Positions 22,001 through 31,391 of a stretch of 64,000 nucleotides of DNA are shown one piece after another. This stretch comes from a virus. Each line of letters starts with the position of its first letter. Positions within the stretch are counted from its first letter, which is position 1. A model generated the notes under the pieces. The model did not search any database. It was not told the origin of the DNA and worked only from the letters and a program-made list of their open reading frames with translations. The position numbers were made by a program, and so were the translations under genes. The stretch spans positions 30,982 to 94,981 of IMG/VR virus record IMGVR_UViG_3300036770_004428, one strand, 5' to 3'.

Positions 22001-24425
22001 GTGTCTCTTCTAATATTGGTGGTGGAATGAAAGGTACTTCTCTTAAAATTTCTTTTATCTCATCAGTATTACATCCAGCAAAAAAAGTTTCTAAATTAGG
22101 TCTTATTGTATTTGTTGTAGTATTACCTTGTTCATCAGTAACAGTACGTTTTAACTCACCATTTCTTAATTTATTTAAAATAGAAGGGTGGTCTACTACT
22201 ATTGAGAACGAAAGTGTTCCAGTTCTTTCCGTATTATTATATGTATATATTGGTTCTGCTCTACCAATAAAATTTGTTGTGTCCCAATTAACACTTGTAT
22301 TATCAGTAAAATTAATATTATATGGTGGAAACCACATTATTCTACCACCGTGTGGACCCTTTTCACACAAAGGTAACATTTTATAATGTGGTGAATCTTT
22401 CCAAGCTAAATTTTCTATAGAAAACATATATGGTATGACAAGGTTTTCGGGTATAGAACTACTGTTAAGTTCTTGTCTTTTACTCCTAACTAGTTCTTCA
22501 TCGATACCATCTTTTTCGTAAGCTATTTTTACAACACCTGGGTCTTTTAATACAGAATAATTACCTAATCTTCTAGCAGGGTCATTTTCATCTGGGGTAC
22601 TTTTTATTGTACCCGGTTGGTCTAGTCTCCATAAACCATCATATCTTATTAAGTTATCGTATTTATTGTAAGCATTTCTTACAGACCATGAACGACAATA
22701 AGGTTCTTTACCGTCAGCATTTGGTTTAGTGTCTTTAACTAAATTACCCATAGACATTTCAACATGTCTTCTATCGGTACCTTTACCTTGTAACTCATAG
22801 TTTTGATCTGAGTTAGGCATACCAATAAATCTACCAGCAGTTCCGTTAACATTTGTAGATTTGTTAATTAATTTTTGGGTATAATTTAATAAACCTCTTT
22901 TAGGTAAACCTTCTGTTCTACCGTCCTTCCAATATAAATCTTTATTCCATACCCTAGGACCTGGTTCTGGACCATCGTTACCCAATTCTGAACCCCATTG
23001 TGTTTCAGACCCATATGTCGTTATTTGTTGTGGGTCACCATATTGACTTTTCCAATTACTAGTATGTCCACGGTCCCAACCGTCTTTATAGTTATTATAT
23101 GTTGGGTCGAATTCAGCTCCATTAGGTTCAAATTCAAATCCTTGGAATTTTAATGCGTCTGTTGTTTTTAATGCTAATGAAGGGTTTTCAGACTCTTTTG
23201 GTTCCAATGGTACGTCAGGTCTAGTATTTCTAGTATCATTGTTTGTGATACCGTCTGTCGATGGTAAGTTACCCGTAATATCTTTAGCTGATTTATTAGC
23301 TGTATTATCAACACCTAATAAATTAAGACCACTATTTTGTTGGTTTTGTGATAAAGCTTGTTGTTCAGTTAAAGGACCTATGGTGGCCGGTGTTGTACCA
23401 GCAACATCTTTTTGTGTTTGTTCTTTTACTTTTTGGATTTCACCATAAGCTAGATAACCACCTTTTTGTGTTGATTGGTTTGAATCACTAGACTTTGGTG
23501 GTTCAGAAAGTGAACTATTTTGCCCTTCTATTACTGGACCATATTTATTTACTGATAAGGCATCAAATAATAAATTTTTAGTACCTTTACCAGTTCTTTC
23601 TAATAATTTTTCTGTTATATCTATTGTACTAACAGAGAAGGGGTCATCTAATGGGGCATCCCAATCAAAAGCTCCTTCTGGTAGTGGACCACCAAATAAA
23701 GTTGTTAGAGCTTGTGTATTTATCCCAGCAACATCTGAAGCAAAATTAATTACATCACCTAAAACACCACCAGCAGGTTTTGTAATGGTGTAGTCCTTAC
23801 CAAAAAGTGGTTGTCCTGCCAATAAACCTAATGGGTCTAGATTAATCCTACCTACAGTATTTTCTATTATACCATCTCTAAGTCTAATTTTAGCCTCTTC
23901 TAGTCTTCTTTCTTTACCTATTTTATCTAAAGGCGAATCAAAGTCTATAAAATTGTTTGAACTAAGTCCTACAGCGTCTAGACCTTCACTTAATAATAGA
24001 TTGACAACTGGGTTACCACCTACAGAAGTAGGGTATTGTATGAATCCCGTATCTTCAACAATTAGTTCAGGGTTTTCATAATTAAAAGCTTGTAATGAAG
24101 AAGGTCCGTATTGGTTAGTTCCTACGTTTTGACTAGGGTTTTGATAACTGACCTCAAAAAGATTAACAGGGAAATTACCCTCAACTAACCACTCATCAAT
24201 AGAACCCGGGTTAGTTATTGTAGTATAGTTTATATCTTTTTCTAAACCTTTTTCATTATATTTACTAGTGAAATTACCTGCTGGTCCGTTAACTAATTCG
24301 TCAGGTAAAGACTGTAAATTTTGACCAAACAAATATGTTAAATAACTATTATCTGTAATTTCACCAAAACTATAGGTTTGAAAAAAATCTATGTTGTAGT
24401 TATTTGGGTTTATTGCTGTTGGCAT
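19017..24425 (-). CDS. Large baseplate / tube-initiator protein with OmpA-like insertion
   Basis: VNWDTTNFIGRAEPIYTYNNTERTGTLSF and PP.C.LRIGD tube-initiator-like segments; I.G.CS....YNKVLGQDRANSVK and RRVDI OmpA-like motifs. Confidence 0.65.
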   Translation of the reverse strand: MPTAINPNNYNIDFFQTYSFGEITDNSYLTYLFGQNLQSLPDELVNGPAGNFTSKYNEKGLEKDINYTTITNPGSIDEWLVEGNFPVNLFEVSYQNPSQNVGTNQYGPSSLQAFNYENPELIVEDTGFIQYPTSVGGNPVVNLLLSEGLDAVGLSSNNFIDFDSPLDKIGKERRLEEAKIRLRDGIIENTVGRINLDPLGLLAGQPLFGKDYTITKPAGGVLGDVINFASDVAGINTQALTTLFGGPLPEGAFDWDAPLDDPFSVSTIDITEKLLERTGKGTKNLLFDALSVNKYGPVIEGQNSSLSEPPKSSDSNQSTQKGGYLAYGEIQKVKEQTQKDVAGTTPATIGPLTEQQALSQNQQNSGLNLLGVDNTANKSAKDITGNLPSTDGITNNDTRNTRPDVPLEPKESENPSLALKTTDALKFQGFEFEPNGAEFDPTYNNYKDGWDRGHTSNWKSQYGDPQQITTYGSETQWGSELGNDGPEPGPRVWNKDLYWKDGRTEGLPKRGLLNYTQKLINKSTNVNGTAGRFIGMPNSDQNYELQGKGTDRRHVEMSMGNLVKDTKPNADGKEPYCRSWSVRNAYNKYDNLIRYDGLWRLDQPGTIKSTPDENDPARRLGNYSVLKDPGVVKIAYEKDGIDEELVRSKRQELNSSSIPENLVIPYMFSIENLAWKDSPHYKMLPLCEKGPHGGRIMWFPPYNINFTDNTSVNWDTTNFIGRAEPIYTYNNTERTGTLSFSIVVDHPSILNKLRNGELKRTVTDEQGNTTTNTIRPNLETFFAGCNTDEIKEILREVPFIPPPILEETPVEEKPKEYIIPTPPEIVDKLSFHFKNSRDDESKGFLEKDVNTNGYEGQPNIVTNSSCPDGLVGRCFDTNYEKVTLEAYDNPKLYTGGANAGNTTFSCDEKDITTIIPELITTESSELVVIPANFPKPPCSGFGSNKKYGPWVNKPTDKRWVDGGDPKGNYCCTKIPNTFTSGSTTYKANEVGYYIKRYGANERFWGTNPYPYPVPQERGKTNTSGEGASPKLDLTGIELPNKFVAQPNGVAGFGISQLIEFLATTELGKNYTINVIGNCSNFGGGNYNKVLGQDRANSVKEWLKSELIRCETENGGAPKLSVEGFEPIDLFSEKGDTESCGRWKVQSKGKDEASNVNGNAGDNSNNASAAAVYTLTPAHYHPTDPENNNHIMFRRVDIFLTSNTNCVKPAYDKLAELEKLRVQGINEANKTIVDEKNKQAQAAYDAERQKVLELAKGFINECDYFETIKKTDSFLYESLTDKLKNFHPAFHAITPEGLNSRLTFLQQCGRQGPSFIDPNQPQNTAFGRPPVCILRIGDFYFTKIIIDSINFTFDPLQWDLNPEGIGVQPMVVNVDMNFKFIGGSTLQGPLRQLQNAVSYNFFANTAIYMPLQKILAKRQQTGFLVESDEGYNEDSTIPETFYYGPWASQTIADETIKADQEARQTLLDQLDQQKAAEEEDNAEQIEDSNPCPCTDGKGSLATKEDIDTLKNSPEASEGKNVQIVQNYEAGNKVWKCEDGTWVSQPSEENNPLNTVPGEETPKELQEVTVVGTTNKTMKETGTSPFYESNPNFKSLLSSSGEQTNEYGSITYQGPIRNTTAGEGTFFEGGFNILGFIPHYIYSMLTPEAYGIYNYYITNTYDDGGAVGGGTNNAYVYNGNDGKASEYSCCKSELGNPSNLPAREASEQIAAFNLLRSLTGYDTLKEWKNGYTVGGFGFPSVGSMEELGELINNSPNKTYSLPRIKYGIKVNKKDSSDSITDFIKIDIKITKVGYDRLIKILTEN

Positions 24426-24445
24426 AATTTTCTAAACTTTTTATA

Positions 24446-24453
24446 ATAAATAT
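24446..24453 (-). promoter_or_regulatory. Late promoter motif ATATTTAT
   Basis: 20 nt upstream of the baseplate operon ATG 24425. Confidence 0.65.
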
Positions 24454-24550
24454 TTACAAATCAAAATTTACTTAATAATTTTATTGCGCGAGCTTAAGAA
24501 ATAATAATTAAGATCTTAAATAATTAAATATTAGAATTGCTTAAAAATAA

Positions 24551-27313
24551 TTAACGCCCACCTTTTTTATCCATATCGGTGTGTTCTGCGATAAGACGTT
24601 TTAATTCTCTTAGGAATATCGGGTCTGTTAATAAATCAGAATTAGCTTTTGCTCCGTTTTGACCGTTAAGGTCTATTTCACCTTGAACATTGATTTCACC
24701 AAACTCTATTTTAATATTGTTACCTGCCATAGCCAACCACCCTGAAAGTGATTTTAGGGCTTCTATGTTTTCTACATTGACCGAGTTGACTGCGTTTACT
24801 GCTGTAGCTATACCGTCTGCATCTACACCAGAAAATGCCTCACTAATAGTGTTACCTACGTCAGCTAAAGCAATTAAACCTAAGAAACCACCTAGTAACA
24901 TTGATGCCCCCAAAGCTACTAAAGCTACAGATAACGCCATAACACCCATACTAACACCGATTAATGCTGGACCTAACATCATAATTGCACCAATGTTTTC
25001 CATATTGACTACACTAAATAAGTTAGTAAATGAGTCAACAATTAAAGCAATTCCTGCGGATATAAAATAAACTGCTGCTCCTAACATCATCATTGCGGCA
25101 CCCAAAGCTAATAATACACCTGCACCTATATATCCTAATGGAGCTGTAGCACCTAGTAACTCAACAGCTATAACTAACGCGGTTAAACCTACCGCCATAC
25201 CGACAAGACCCATTGGTCCTGCTTCTGAGAATAACATAGCGGCAGCACCTAACATAACCATTGCTCCACCTAAAGCTAACATAGCTGCGATACCTGGCCA
25301 CGCGGTAGAACCAAATGAACTTAATACAGGTTGTAGGAAATAAAGACCAACACCTAGACCAGCTAATGTTACACCAGCCTTAGCTAAAGACTCCCATTCT
25401 ACATCATTGAATTTTAATAATGCGTCAGCTAAAAGCCATAAAGCCCCCGCTATTGCTAATATTTGTGCTGCGTTACCTAATGACTTCATCATGGAACCCA
25501 TACCTGCTGCTTTAGAGGCTTGTCCTTGCATTGCTGTTTGAGCTCCTGTCATACCACCACCAGCACCTCCCGCACCACCAGCACCTCCGGCACCACCCAT
25601 TCCACCTACTCCAGCAGTCATTCTAAAACCTTTACCAAACATCATACCCGCAACAACTTGTTGACCAATCCAATAAGCCGCAAAAGCTATTGCAGCGACC
25701 AGTAAAGCTTCTTTCCAATATGTTGCAATCCATTTAAGTTTTTCCCATAATCCTTTAAAAAACTCTTTTAATTGAGGCCAACTTTCTCTTAATGATTTAG
25801 CAAAACTTATCAAACCTTCTTTCATACCATCAAGTACACCACTACTTAATAATCCGTCTACTAGTGGTTGTAAGAATTCTATCGCTATCAACATTATACC
25901 GTTTTGGATAGATTGCCATTGTCCAGCTAAAGATTTAGCTTGTTGAGCTCTTTCTTCGTCATCTTTAGCTCTTTTTATTATTTGGTCTCTTTCTTCTTTA
26001 CTTAAATCCTCTAATTTTTTAGTAACTAATTTACCATCTTTAGAGAAAGTTACTTCCGCCCCATTTTTAGTCATTTGGGACATACCTAATATTAAGTTCT
26101 TATCTTCCTCACTCATACCACTAGGTAAGAACTTTTCCATATATTCAATTTTAGCGGCCTGTTTAGCTGTTTGGACCAACTCTTGGTAATCCATACCTAA
26201 AGCATCAGCAGATTCACGTAATCTATCTAATTCGTGAGCTGACATCTCAAACTCACCTGTTTTTTTATTAAACACAGCACTTTCTCTAGCCGCTTTAGTT
26301 AATGATTTGGCCAATTCTTCAGGAGCATTTCTAGCTTGGTACATTAATTGAAATGGGTCACCTAATTGGGCCATAGCTCCACCCATTGTTTGTAATCTAG
26401 CTGCCGCTTCAATAGCTCCTTCAGGTCTAAATACTTTATCAGCTACACCAGCAACAGATTCCATACTTAATTTAAATTTCTCAGAGTGTGCTGACATTTT
26501 AGCTAAAGCCGTCATACCACCCCTGAAATTAAATCTATTAAGCATTCCTAGATTTTGTTGGAATTTTTTAATTACTTTACCAGCATTAACACCCATTTGT
26601 TCTGACATAGATTGTATATCAGCTATCATTTGGGTGGCTTGACCGGCACCTAAACCAAAGGACTCCATTTGTCCTGCCATTTGAGCGACTTCCTCAGCAG
26701 CCATACCTGTTTGTAAAGCAACTCTACCGATTAAATCTAATTGTTGTGCGTTTAATTGTACTGCTCTACCTGTTTCTTCATTATAAGATGCGACAGCTTT
26801 TATTGCGTAATCTAATGGTTGATTCCATCTTATAGCGGATTGTCTGGCCTCTTCAGTGGCTAATTTCATTGTTTGGAATGCATTACCTGACATCCCTATG
26901 TTAGCAGCGGTTTTTCTAGTAAGGTCGTCTAACTCCATTACTTTATTTATAACCTCACTTAATGAAGGTAATATACTTTTAAATGCTGCTAAAGCTGAAT
27001 TACCTGTGGCTTTTAAAAGTGTTTTAGCACTAGAAAGTTCTTTATTAATTGCCTTTAATTGGATCTCTTGTTTTTTTAAAGAAGCAACTTCTTTATCAAT
27101 CTCTTGTCTTCTTTCTGCTGTGGCATTTGCCGCTTCTTCCTCTAAGGCAGCAATATCTGCACTAAGAACTTTTAGTAGTTTAGCGTTTTTAGTTAATTGT
27201 TTTTGTGCTTCACGCCAATTGGATAAACTTTTGGACTGTCTCTCTAACGACTCTTCTATCTCTAGTTGTATCCTTAGTCTTTCTGCTTCTTCTTTTTTAT
27301 TATTTAAAGCCAT
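24551..27313 (-). CDS. Tail tape measure protein
   Basis: 920 aa, Ala/Gly-rich helical, hydrophobic segments, GGA repeats; lies between the chaperone and baseplate genes. Confidence 0.82.
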   Translation of the reverse strand: MALNNKKEEAERLRIQLEIEESLERQSKSLSNWREAQKQLTKNAKLLKVLSADIAALEEEAANATAERRQEIDKEVASLKKQEIQLKAINKELSSAKTLLKATGNSALAAFKSILPSLSEVINKVMELDDLTRKTAANIGMSGNAFQTMKLATEEARQSAIRWNQPLDYAIKAVASYNEETGRAVQLNAQQLDLIGRVALQTGMAAEEVAQMAGQMESFGLGAGQATQMIADIQSMSEQMGVNAGKVIKKFQQNLGMLNRFNFRGGMTALAKMSAHSEKFKLSMESVAGVADKVFRPEGAIEAAARLQTMGGAMAQLGDPFQLMYQARNAPEELAKSLTKAARESAVFNKKTGEFEMSAHELDRLRESADALGMDYQELVQTAKQAAKIEYMEKFLPSGMSEEDKNLILGMSQMTKNGAEVTFSKDGKLVTKKLEDLSKEERDQIIKRAKDDEERAQQAKSLAGQWQSIQNGIMLIAIEFLQPLVDGLLSSGVLDGMKEGLISFAKSLRESWPQLKEFFKGLWEKLKWIATYWKEALLVAAIAFAAYWIGQQVVAGMMFGKGFRMTAGVGGMGGAGGAGGAGGAGGGMTGAQTAMQGQASKAAGMGSMMKSLGNAAQILAIAGALWLLADALLKFNDVEWESLAKAGVTLAGLGVGLYFLQPVLSSFGSTAWPGIAAMLALGGAMVMLGAAAMLFSEAGPMGLVGMAVGLTALVIAVELLGATAPLGYIGAGVLLALGAAMMMLGAAVYFISAGIALIVDSFTNLFSVVNMENIGAIMMLGPALIGVSMGVMALSVALVALGASMLLGGFLGLIALADVGNTISEAFSGVDADGIATAVNAVNSVNVENIEALKSLSGWLAMAGNNIKIEFGEINVQGEIDLNGQNGAKANSDLLTDPIFLRELKRLIAEHTDMDKKGGR

Positions 27314-27320
27314 TAATTAA

Positions 27321-29042
27321 TTAACTTGGTAACAATGTTATTGTAGCTTCACCTTCTTCTTTGAATTCCTCTCTACCAGCTGCTTTTGGTCCTATTTTAA
27401 CCTTATAATTTTTTAATTTTTTACCTATAAATAAATTAGATATATTATCAGTACTAATTAATACCGCGTCAGTACCTAATTTTTGTTTTATACCTGGATA
27501 ATATAATATAAGTGTATCTTTTTTAGATATAGATTTTTTAACTAATACCCTATTAGATTTAAATTCATTATTTAAAAATGTTTCAATATTATCTGAAGTC
27601 CATGAACTAGCACCAGTACCCTTAATATTTGAAATCTTAGAATTACTAGTAGCTAGGGATTCCCCTTTAGGTACATTAGTTTTTTTACCACTACCACTCA
27701 CTTCATCATCGTCATCATCTCTTTCATAAGCAAAATTAGGGACAGATAATATTTTTAATTTTCTGTCATAAACATCAGACTCTTCTTCTGCCTCAAAAAC
27801 CATTTCTTGAATAATACTAAATAATGATGTAGTACTTTCGTTTTTAGATTTATTGGAAAATTCTATTCTTGTTTTAGCTAGGGCACTTGAAAAATTAACG
27901 ATTGTACCAACTAATTTTTTATACAATTGTTCTCTTTTTTTCTCATCACTATAGTTAGCCTGACCTTCTTTTACAATTAAAAATAATAATTTAAAGAATT
28001 TTTTAATTTCTGTGTAAGTAGGTGTGTTTTTACAACACTTATTTAATTTAACAAAAGTTGTAAAAACATTACTAAAAAAAGAAGACATTTGATTTTCCCA
28101 ACCAACAGGTAATTGATCTTTTTTATTTATTTCTCTACTTCTAGTAGGGGCCTCTAATAAACCATTTTCTTTTAACTTTTTTAAAGTAACAGAAATAGGT
28201 TCACCGTTTATTTTAATATTTGTTATTTTAGACCTAATTAAATTTAACAATAAAGCATCTCTGAAATTTTTGTTATCAGAATAATTTGTTAATTTTAATT
28301 GTTTAATTGTATTAGCTGATTTTTGTAAATTATTTATTTTTTCATTTAAATCTTTTAAATCGTCTTTACCTAATTTAACATATTGTGTACTATCTTTACC
28401 ACCTTCTTTATTATCGGTATTTGTTTCAGTTTTATCATCACCAACATTTGTGTTAGTGCTATTATCATTATTAATTTCTTCTTGATCACTATTTTCTTCA
28501 GAATCAGTCGGTATATCACCTATTGAGGCTTCAGCTTCAGTGATTTTAACATCATAAATTTTACCCTTTAATAACATGGGTAAATTTATTTTAGTACTTA
28601 ATAGATTTTTTTGTAATGTTTTAGGTGAAAATAAAATTTTATATTTTTTTTCTTCTTTCTTATAGGATTCATCTTCAGAATCAACGTCTTCAGTTACAGT
28701 AAAATAAATAATAAAATTTTCTGCTGTACTATCTTGGTCAACCTCTGCTTTACCTTTAATATTTTGATTATTACCATCAAAATAATTATCGATTGGTTTA
28801 TCTAATGAAAAAGAAAAGGGGAATTTTTTTAAAGCTTTATAATAATCTATTGTATCTTGATCATCTAATGATGCCGCATTAATACCCATTGACCTTAAAT
28901 TATCTTTAATTCTATCTATAGTAACATCGGCTCTAGCCGCATGATGTGCCGCTTGGTCACCACTTACGGGTTGGGTTTTTAGTCTATCTATATCCTTTGC
29001 TTTACCAAAAGGGGAGTCAGGTATGATATCTCTTACAGGCAT
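27321..29042 (-). CDS. Hypothetical late protein sharing a ~165-aa domain with 31939..34254
   Basis: IKING.PIS.TL..L..NGLLEAP.RSR.INKK.QLP.GWENQM present in both proteins. Confidence 0.75.
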   Translation of the reverse strand: MPVRDIIPDSPFGKAKDIDRLKTQPVSGDQAAHHAARADVTIDRIKDNLRSMGINAASLDDQDTIDYYKALKKFPFSFSLDKPIDNYFDGNNQNIKGKAEVDQDSTAENFIIYFTVTEDVDSEDESYKKEEKKYKILFSPKTLQKNLLSTKINLPMLLKGKIYDVKITEAEASIGDIPTDSEENSDQEEINNDNSTNTNVGDDKTETNTDNKEGGKDSTQYVKLGKDDLKDLNEKINNLQKSANTIKQLKLTNYSDNKNFRDALLLNLIRSKITNIKINGEPISVTLKKLKENGLLEAPTRSREINKKDQLPVGWENQMSSFFSNVFTTFVKLNKCCKNTPTYTEIKKFFKLLFLIVKEGQANYSDEKKREQLYKKLVGTIVNFSSALAKTRIEFSNKSKNESTTSLFSIIQEMVFEAEEESDVYDRKLKILSVPNFAYERDDDDDEVSGSGKKTNVPKGESLATSNSKISNIKGTGASSWTSDNIETFLNNEFKSNRVLVKKSISKKDTLILYYPGIKQKLGTDAVLISTDNISNLFIGKKLKNYKVKIGPKAAGREEFKEEGEATITLLPS

Positions 29043-29056
29043 ATTTATTTTTATAT

Positions 29057-29064
29057 ATAAATAT
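29057..29064 (-). promoter_or_regulatory. Late promoter motif ATATTTAT
   Basis: 14 nt upstream of ATG 29042. Confidence 0.65.
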
Positions 29065-29077
29065 TCAGAAAATCATT

Positions 29078-29272
29078 TTAACGCTTCTTAGATTTAGCTC
29101 TTTCATATTCACGTTTTTGATCTTCCATTTCTTTTTGGAAATAATTTAAATAAATACGTCTTTCGTATATAGGCATTGACATAACACTCTCATATGAGAA
29201 TCTCATGTGTTTAACCATGTAATAAATTTCCTGTGTTAGGTTTAATTTATACTCGGGCGTTAGGCCAAAAAA
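29078..29272 (-). CDS. Tail assembly chaperone second segment, probably reached by frameshift
   Basis: FFGLTPEY...MSMPIYERR..L overlaps the upstream gene at a T7 run; first in-frame ATG is 16 codons past the T7 run. Confidence 0.65.
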   Translation of the reverse strand, partial: FFGLTPEYKLNLTQEIYYMVKHMRFSYESVMSMPIYERRIYLNYFQKEMEDQKREYERAKSKKR

Positions 29273-30020
29273 AGTTGATTCCAAGTGGAATTTGGCTGCG
29301 AAAGGGTTCTCCAGACGGGGCCTCCACATCCACCGACATATCTATTCCTGGTTCAATTTCATCAATATATTGTCTAAATTGTAACGAATCGTAAGCAGGT
29401 ATTACCTGAATATATTTTGAAATGTAATTAGGGTCCCTATTACCATTAACTTCTACTATTTGTTTTTCTAATCTAGAAGTTAAAAGGTTTGTAATAGGTG
29501 ATTTTGTTAATTTTGCTCTTTTTTCACTTTTAGCAATAATATCCCTCTCATCACCAACAGTTAACATTTTAAATTTAATCTTAGCTTTTGATTTAGGTAA
29601 GGTATATGAAAATTCGTTATTTTCATCGGGTTGAGCACCGATAGGTCTAGTTTTTAGTTCATTTAAATCTAATTCATATTCGAATTCATCTGCCGTAACA
29701 GGGTCAGTAAGTTTAACAGGATAAATCTCACCATAACCTGTTGCTCTTAACCAAATCATGATAGCGTTTCTGTCTCCAACCAACATTTGGTCAACTGGTA
29801 CTGGTGATTCTTTGACTTTTCTTTCAATTAAAACATCTAAAACTCTACCACTTTTAATTAAGTTTGGTGAAGTTAGAATGTTTTCATCAGCAGCAGTCAT
29901 ATACTCAACCTTAATAGAATCTTTTTGTCCGGGGTAAAGTAACCCTTTAGAAGGTAGAGGAAGTACATCAAAGGGTACCTCAAAATGAAATTCATTGTTT
30001 TTTTGTGTTGTGTTTGACAT
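29247..30020 (-). CDS. Tail assembly chaperone / baseplate hub assembly protein (T4 gp26-like)
   Basis: LPSKG..Y, MTAADENIL, GDRNAI...R..GYG, repeated LP.S..IKFK.LT.GDE, ends FFWP. Confidence 0.75.
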   Translation of the reverse strand: MSNTTQKNNEFHFEVPFDVLPLPSKGLLYPGQKDSIKVEYMTAADENILTSPNLIKSGRVLDVLIERKVKESPVPVDQMLVGDRNAIMIWLRATGYGEIYPVKLTDPVTADEFEYELDLNELKTRPIGAQPDENNEFSYTLPKSKAKIKFKMLTVGDERDIIAKSEKRAKLTKSPITNLLTSRLEKQIVEVNGNRDPNYISKYIQVIPAYDSLQFRQYIDEIEPGIDMSVDVEAPSGEPFRSQIPLGINFFWPNARV

Positions 30021-30063
30021 CTTAAAAACTTTTTTATAATTTTATATATTATTTTTTTAAATC

Positions 30064-30092
30064 AATCTAAAGCAGTATAGTAATAAAGTAAA
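30064..30092 (-). promoter_or_regulatory. Putative middle-class promoter TTTACT-N17-TAGATT (late variant GTATTTAT also at 30111-30118)
   Basis: agtaaa 30087-30092, aatcta 30064-30069 on +. Confidence 0.45.
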
Positions 30093-30147
30093 GATTATTT
30101 GTTACAGCATATAAATACATTAATTTTATTTTTTTTTCATATTTTAT

Positions 30148-30178
30148 TTTGCCGTTGAATTAATAGTTACTATATTTG
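30148..30178 (+). promoter_or_regulatory. Bacteroidota primary-sigma promoter TTTG-N19-TATATTTG
   Basis: Matches the -33 TTTG / -7 TAnnTTTG consensus; 20 nt before ATG 30199. Confidence 0.72.
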
Positions 30179-30198
30179 TATTATAAATAAAAAAATAG

Positions 30199-31239
30199 AT
30201 GGAAAACACTAAATTACAAAGATTAAAAGAAGTCCTTTCAATACCAACACACTCTAGACAAGAAGACCTTATGATTTCTTATTTGGAGACAGTACTCTCT
30301 GAAAAAGGTTTTGATTATAGAAAAGACCATATGGGAAACATATATGTAACAAAAGGTAAAGCTGAATACTACCCATGTTTTGTTGCACACACTGATACCG
30401 TTCACGATATTAACCACAATCTTATGGTTGTACAACTTGAAGAAAATGGTAAAACAATTTTAACAGGTATCGATAAAAAAACCATGAAACCTTCAGGTAT
30501 TGGTGGTGATGATAAATGTGGTGTATTTCTTTGTTTGGAAATGTTGGACAAACTTGATAATGTAAAAGTTGCTCTTTTTGTTTCTGAAGAAATAGGTTGC
30601 GTTGGTTCAAGAGAAGCTGACCCTGAGTTCTTCAAGAATGTGGGGTATGCTATTCAATACGATTCTCCTAAAGGTGATTCTATGAGTATGTCTTTAATGG
30701 GTAAAGAATTGTTTGGTAAAACAACTGAGTTTGGTGAGAAAGTTAGTCCTTTAATTTTAGAACATGGTATCACTGATTGGGCTAGACACCCTTACACTGA
30801 TATTTGGCCATTGATGGAAAAATTTGGTTTCTCTTGTTTAAATTTGGCGGCGGGTTATCACAGATATCACACAGATAATGAATATGTTGTTGTAGACGAA
30901 GTTGAGAACGCTTTTGAATTGGGTTTAAGATTACACCAAATCTTGGGTGAGAATTTCTATGAAAGACCAGCAGAAAAAGAAAAAAGTTATTATTCTAGTT
31001 ATTTTAGTAATGCTTATTCTAGTAAAAAGGTCTTAAATGAAAAAAGTGAAGATGATAACAAAACCAATCTTTATTATAACCAAGACGAAGATGATGATTA
31101 TAATGATGACGATTTTGATTATCACTACAAAGACGATGAAGATTTTTCAGACCTTTGGGATTATGATGATTTTAATGGGGGTTATCAAATAGTTAATTAC
31201 GGAAGTTCTAATGATTACGACCACAGATTTGATTGGTAA
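30199..31239 (+). CDS. Zinc peptidase of the M28/M20 clan with acidic D/Y-rich tail
   Basis: AHTDTV, GGDDKCG, SEEIGC, QYD, YH metal ligands. Confidence 0.82.
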   Translation: MENTKLQRLKEVLSIPTHSRQEDLMISYLETVLSEKGFDYRKDHMGNIYVTKGKAEYYPCFVAHTDTVHDINHNLMVVQLEENGKTILTGIDKKTMKPSGIGGDDKCGVFLCLEMLDKLDNVKVALFVSEEIGCVGSREADPEFFKNVGYAIQYDSPKGDSMSMSLMGKELFGKTTEFGEKVSPLILEHGITDWARHPYTDIWPLMEKFGFSCLNLAAGYHRYHTDNEYVVVDEVENAFELGLRLHQILGENFYERPAEKEKSYYSSYFSNAYSSKKVLNEKSEDDNKTNLYYNQDEDDDYNDDDFDYHYKDDEDFSDLWDYDDFNGGYQIVNYGSSNDYDHRFDW

Positions 31240-31250
31240 TTAAACCAAAT

Positions 31251-31279
31251 AAAAAAGGACCTTTAAGGTCCTTTTTTTT
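31251..31279. terminator. Bidirectional terminator
   Basis: aaaaaaggacct-tta-aggtcctttttttt between convergent genes. Confidence 0.85.
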
Positions 31280-31391
31280 ATTTATTCTCGTACTTTTTAA
31301 GTAACACCATATTATTTTCGATTCTAGCTAATTTTTTAGCTAAATTTCTTCGGTTTCTTTTAGGTTTACCTTCTTTTTTTGCCTTAGCCAT
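31278..31391 (-). CDS. 37-aa basic peptide (not in ORF track)
   Basis: MAKAKKEGKPKRNRRNLAKKLARIENNMVLLKKYENK; ATG overlaps tube stop (TAATG); fills the gap to the terminator. Confidence 0.6.
   Translation of the reverse strand: MAKAKKEGKPKRNRRNLAKKLARIENNMVLLKKYENK

Noticed and set aside
25553-25610. GC-rich repeat in the tape measure gene
   Set aside because: It simply encodes a GGA-repeat linker
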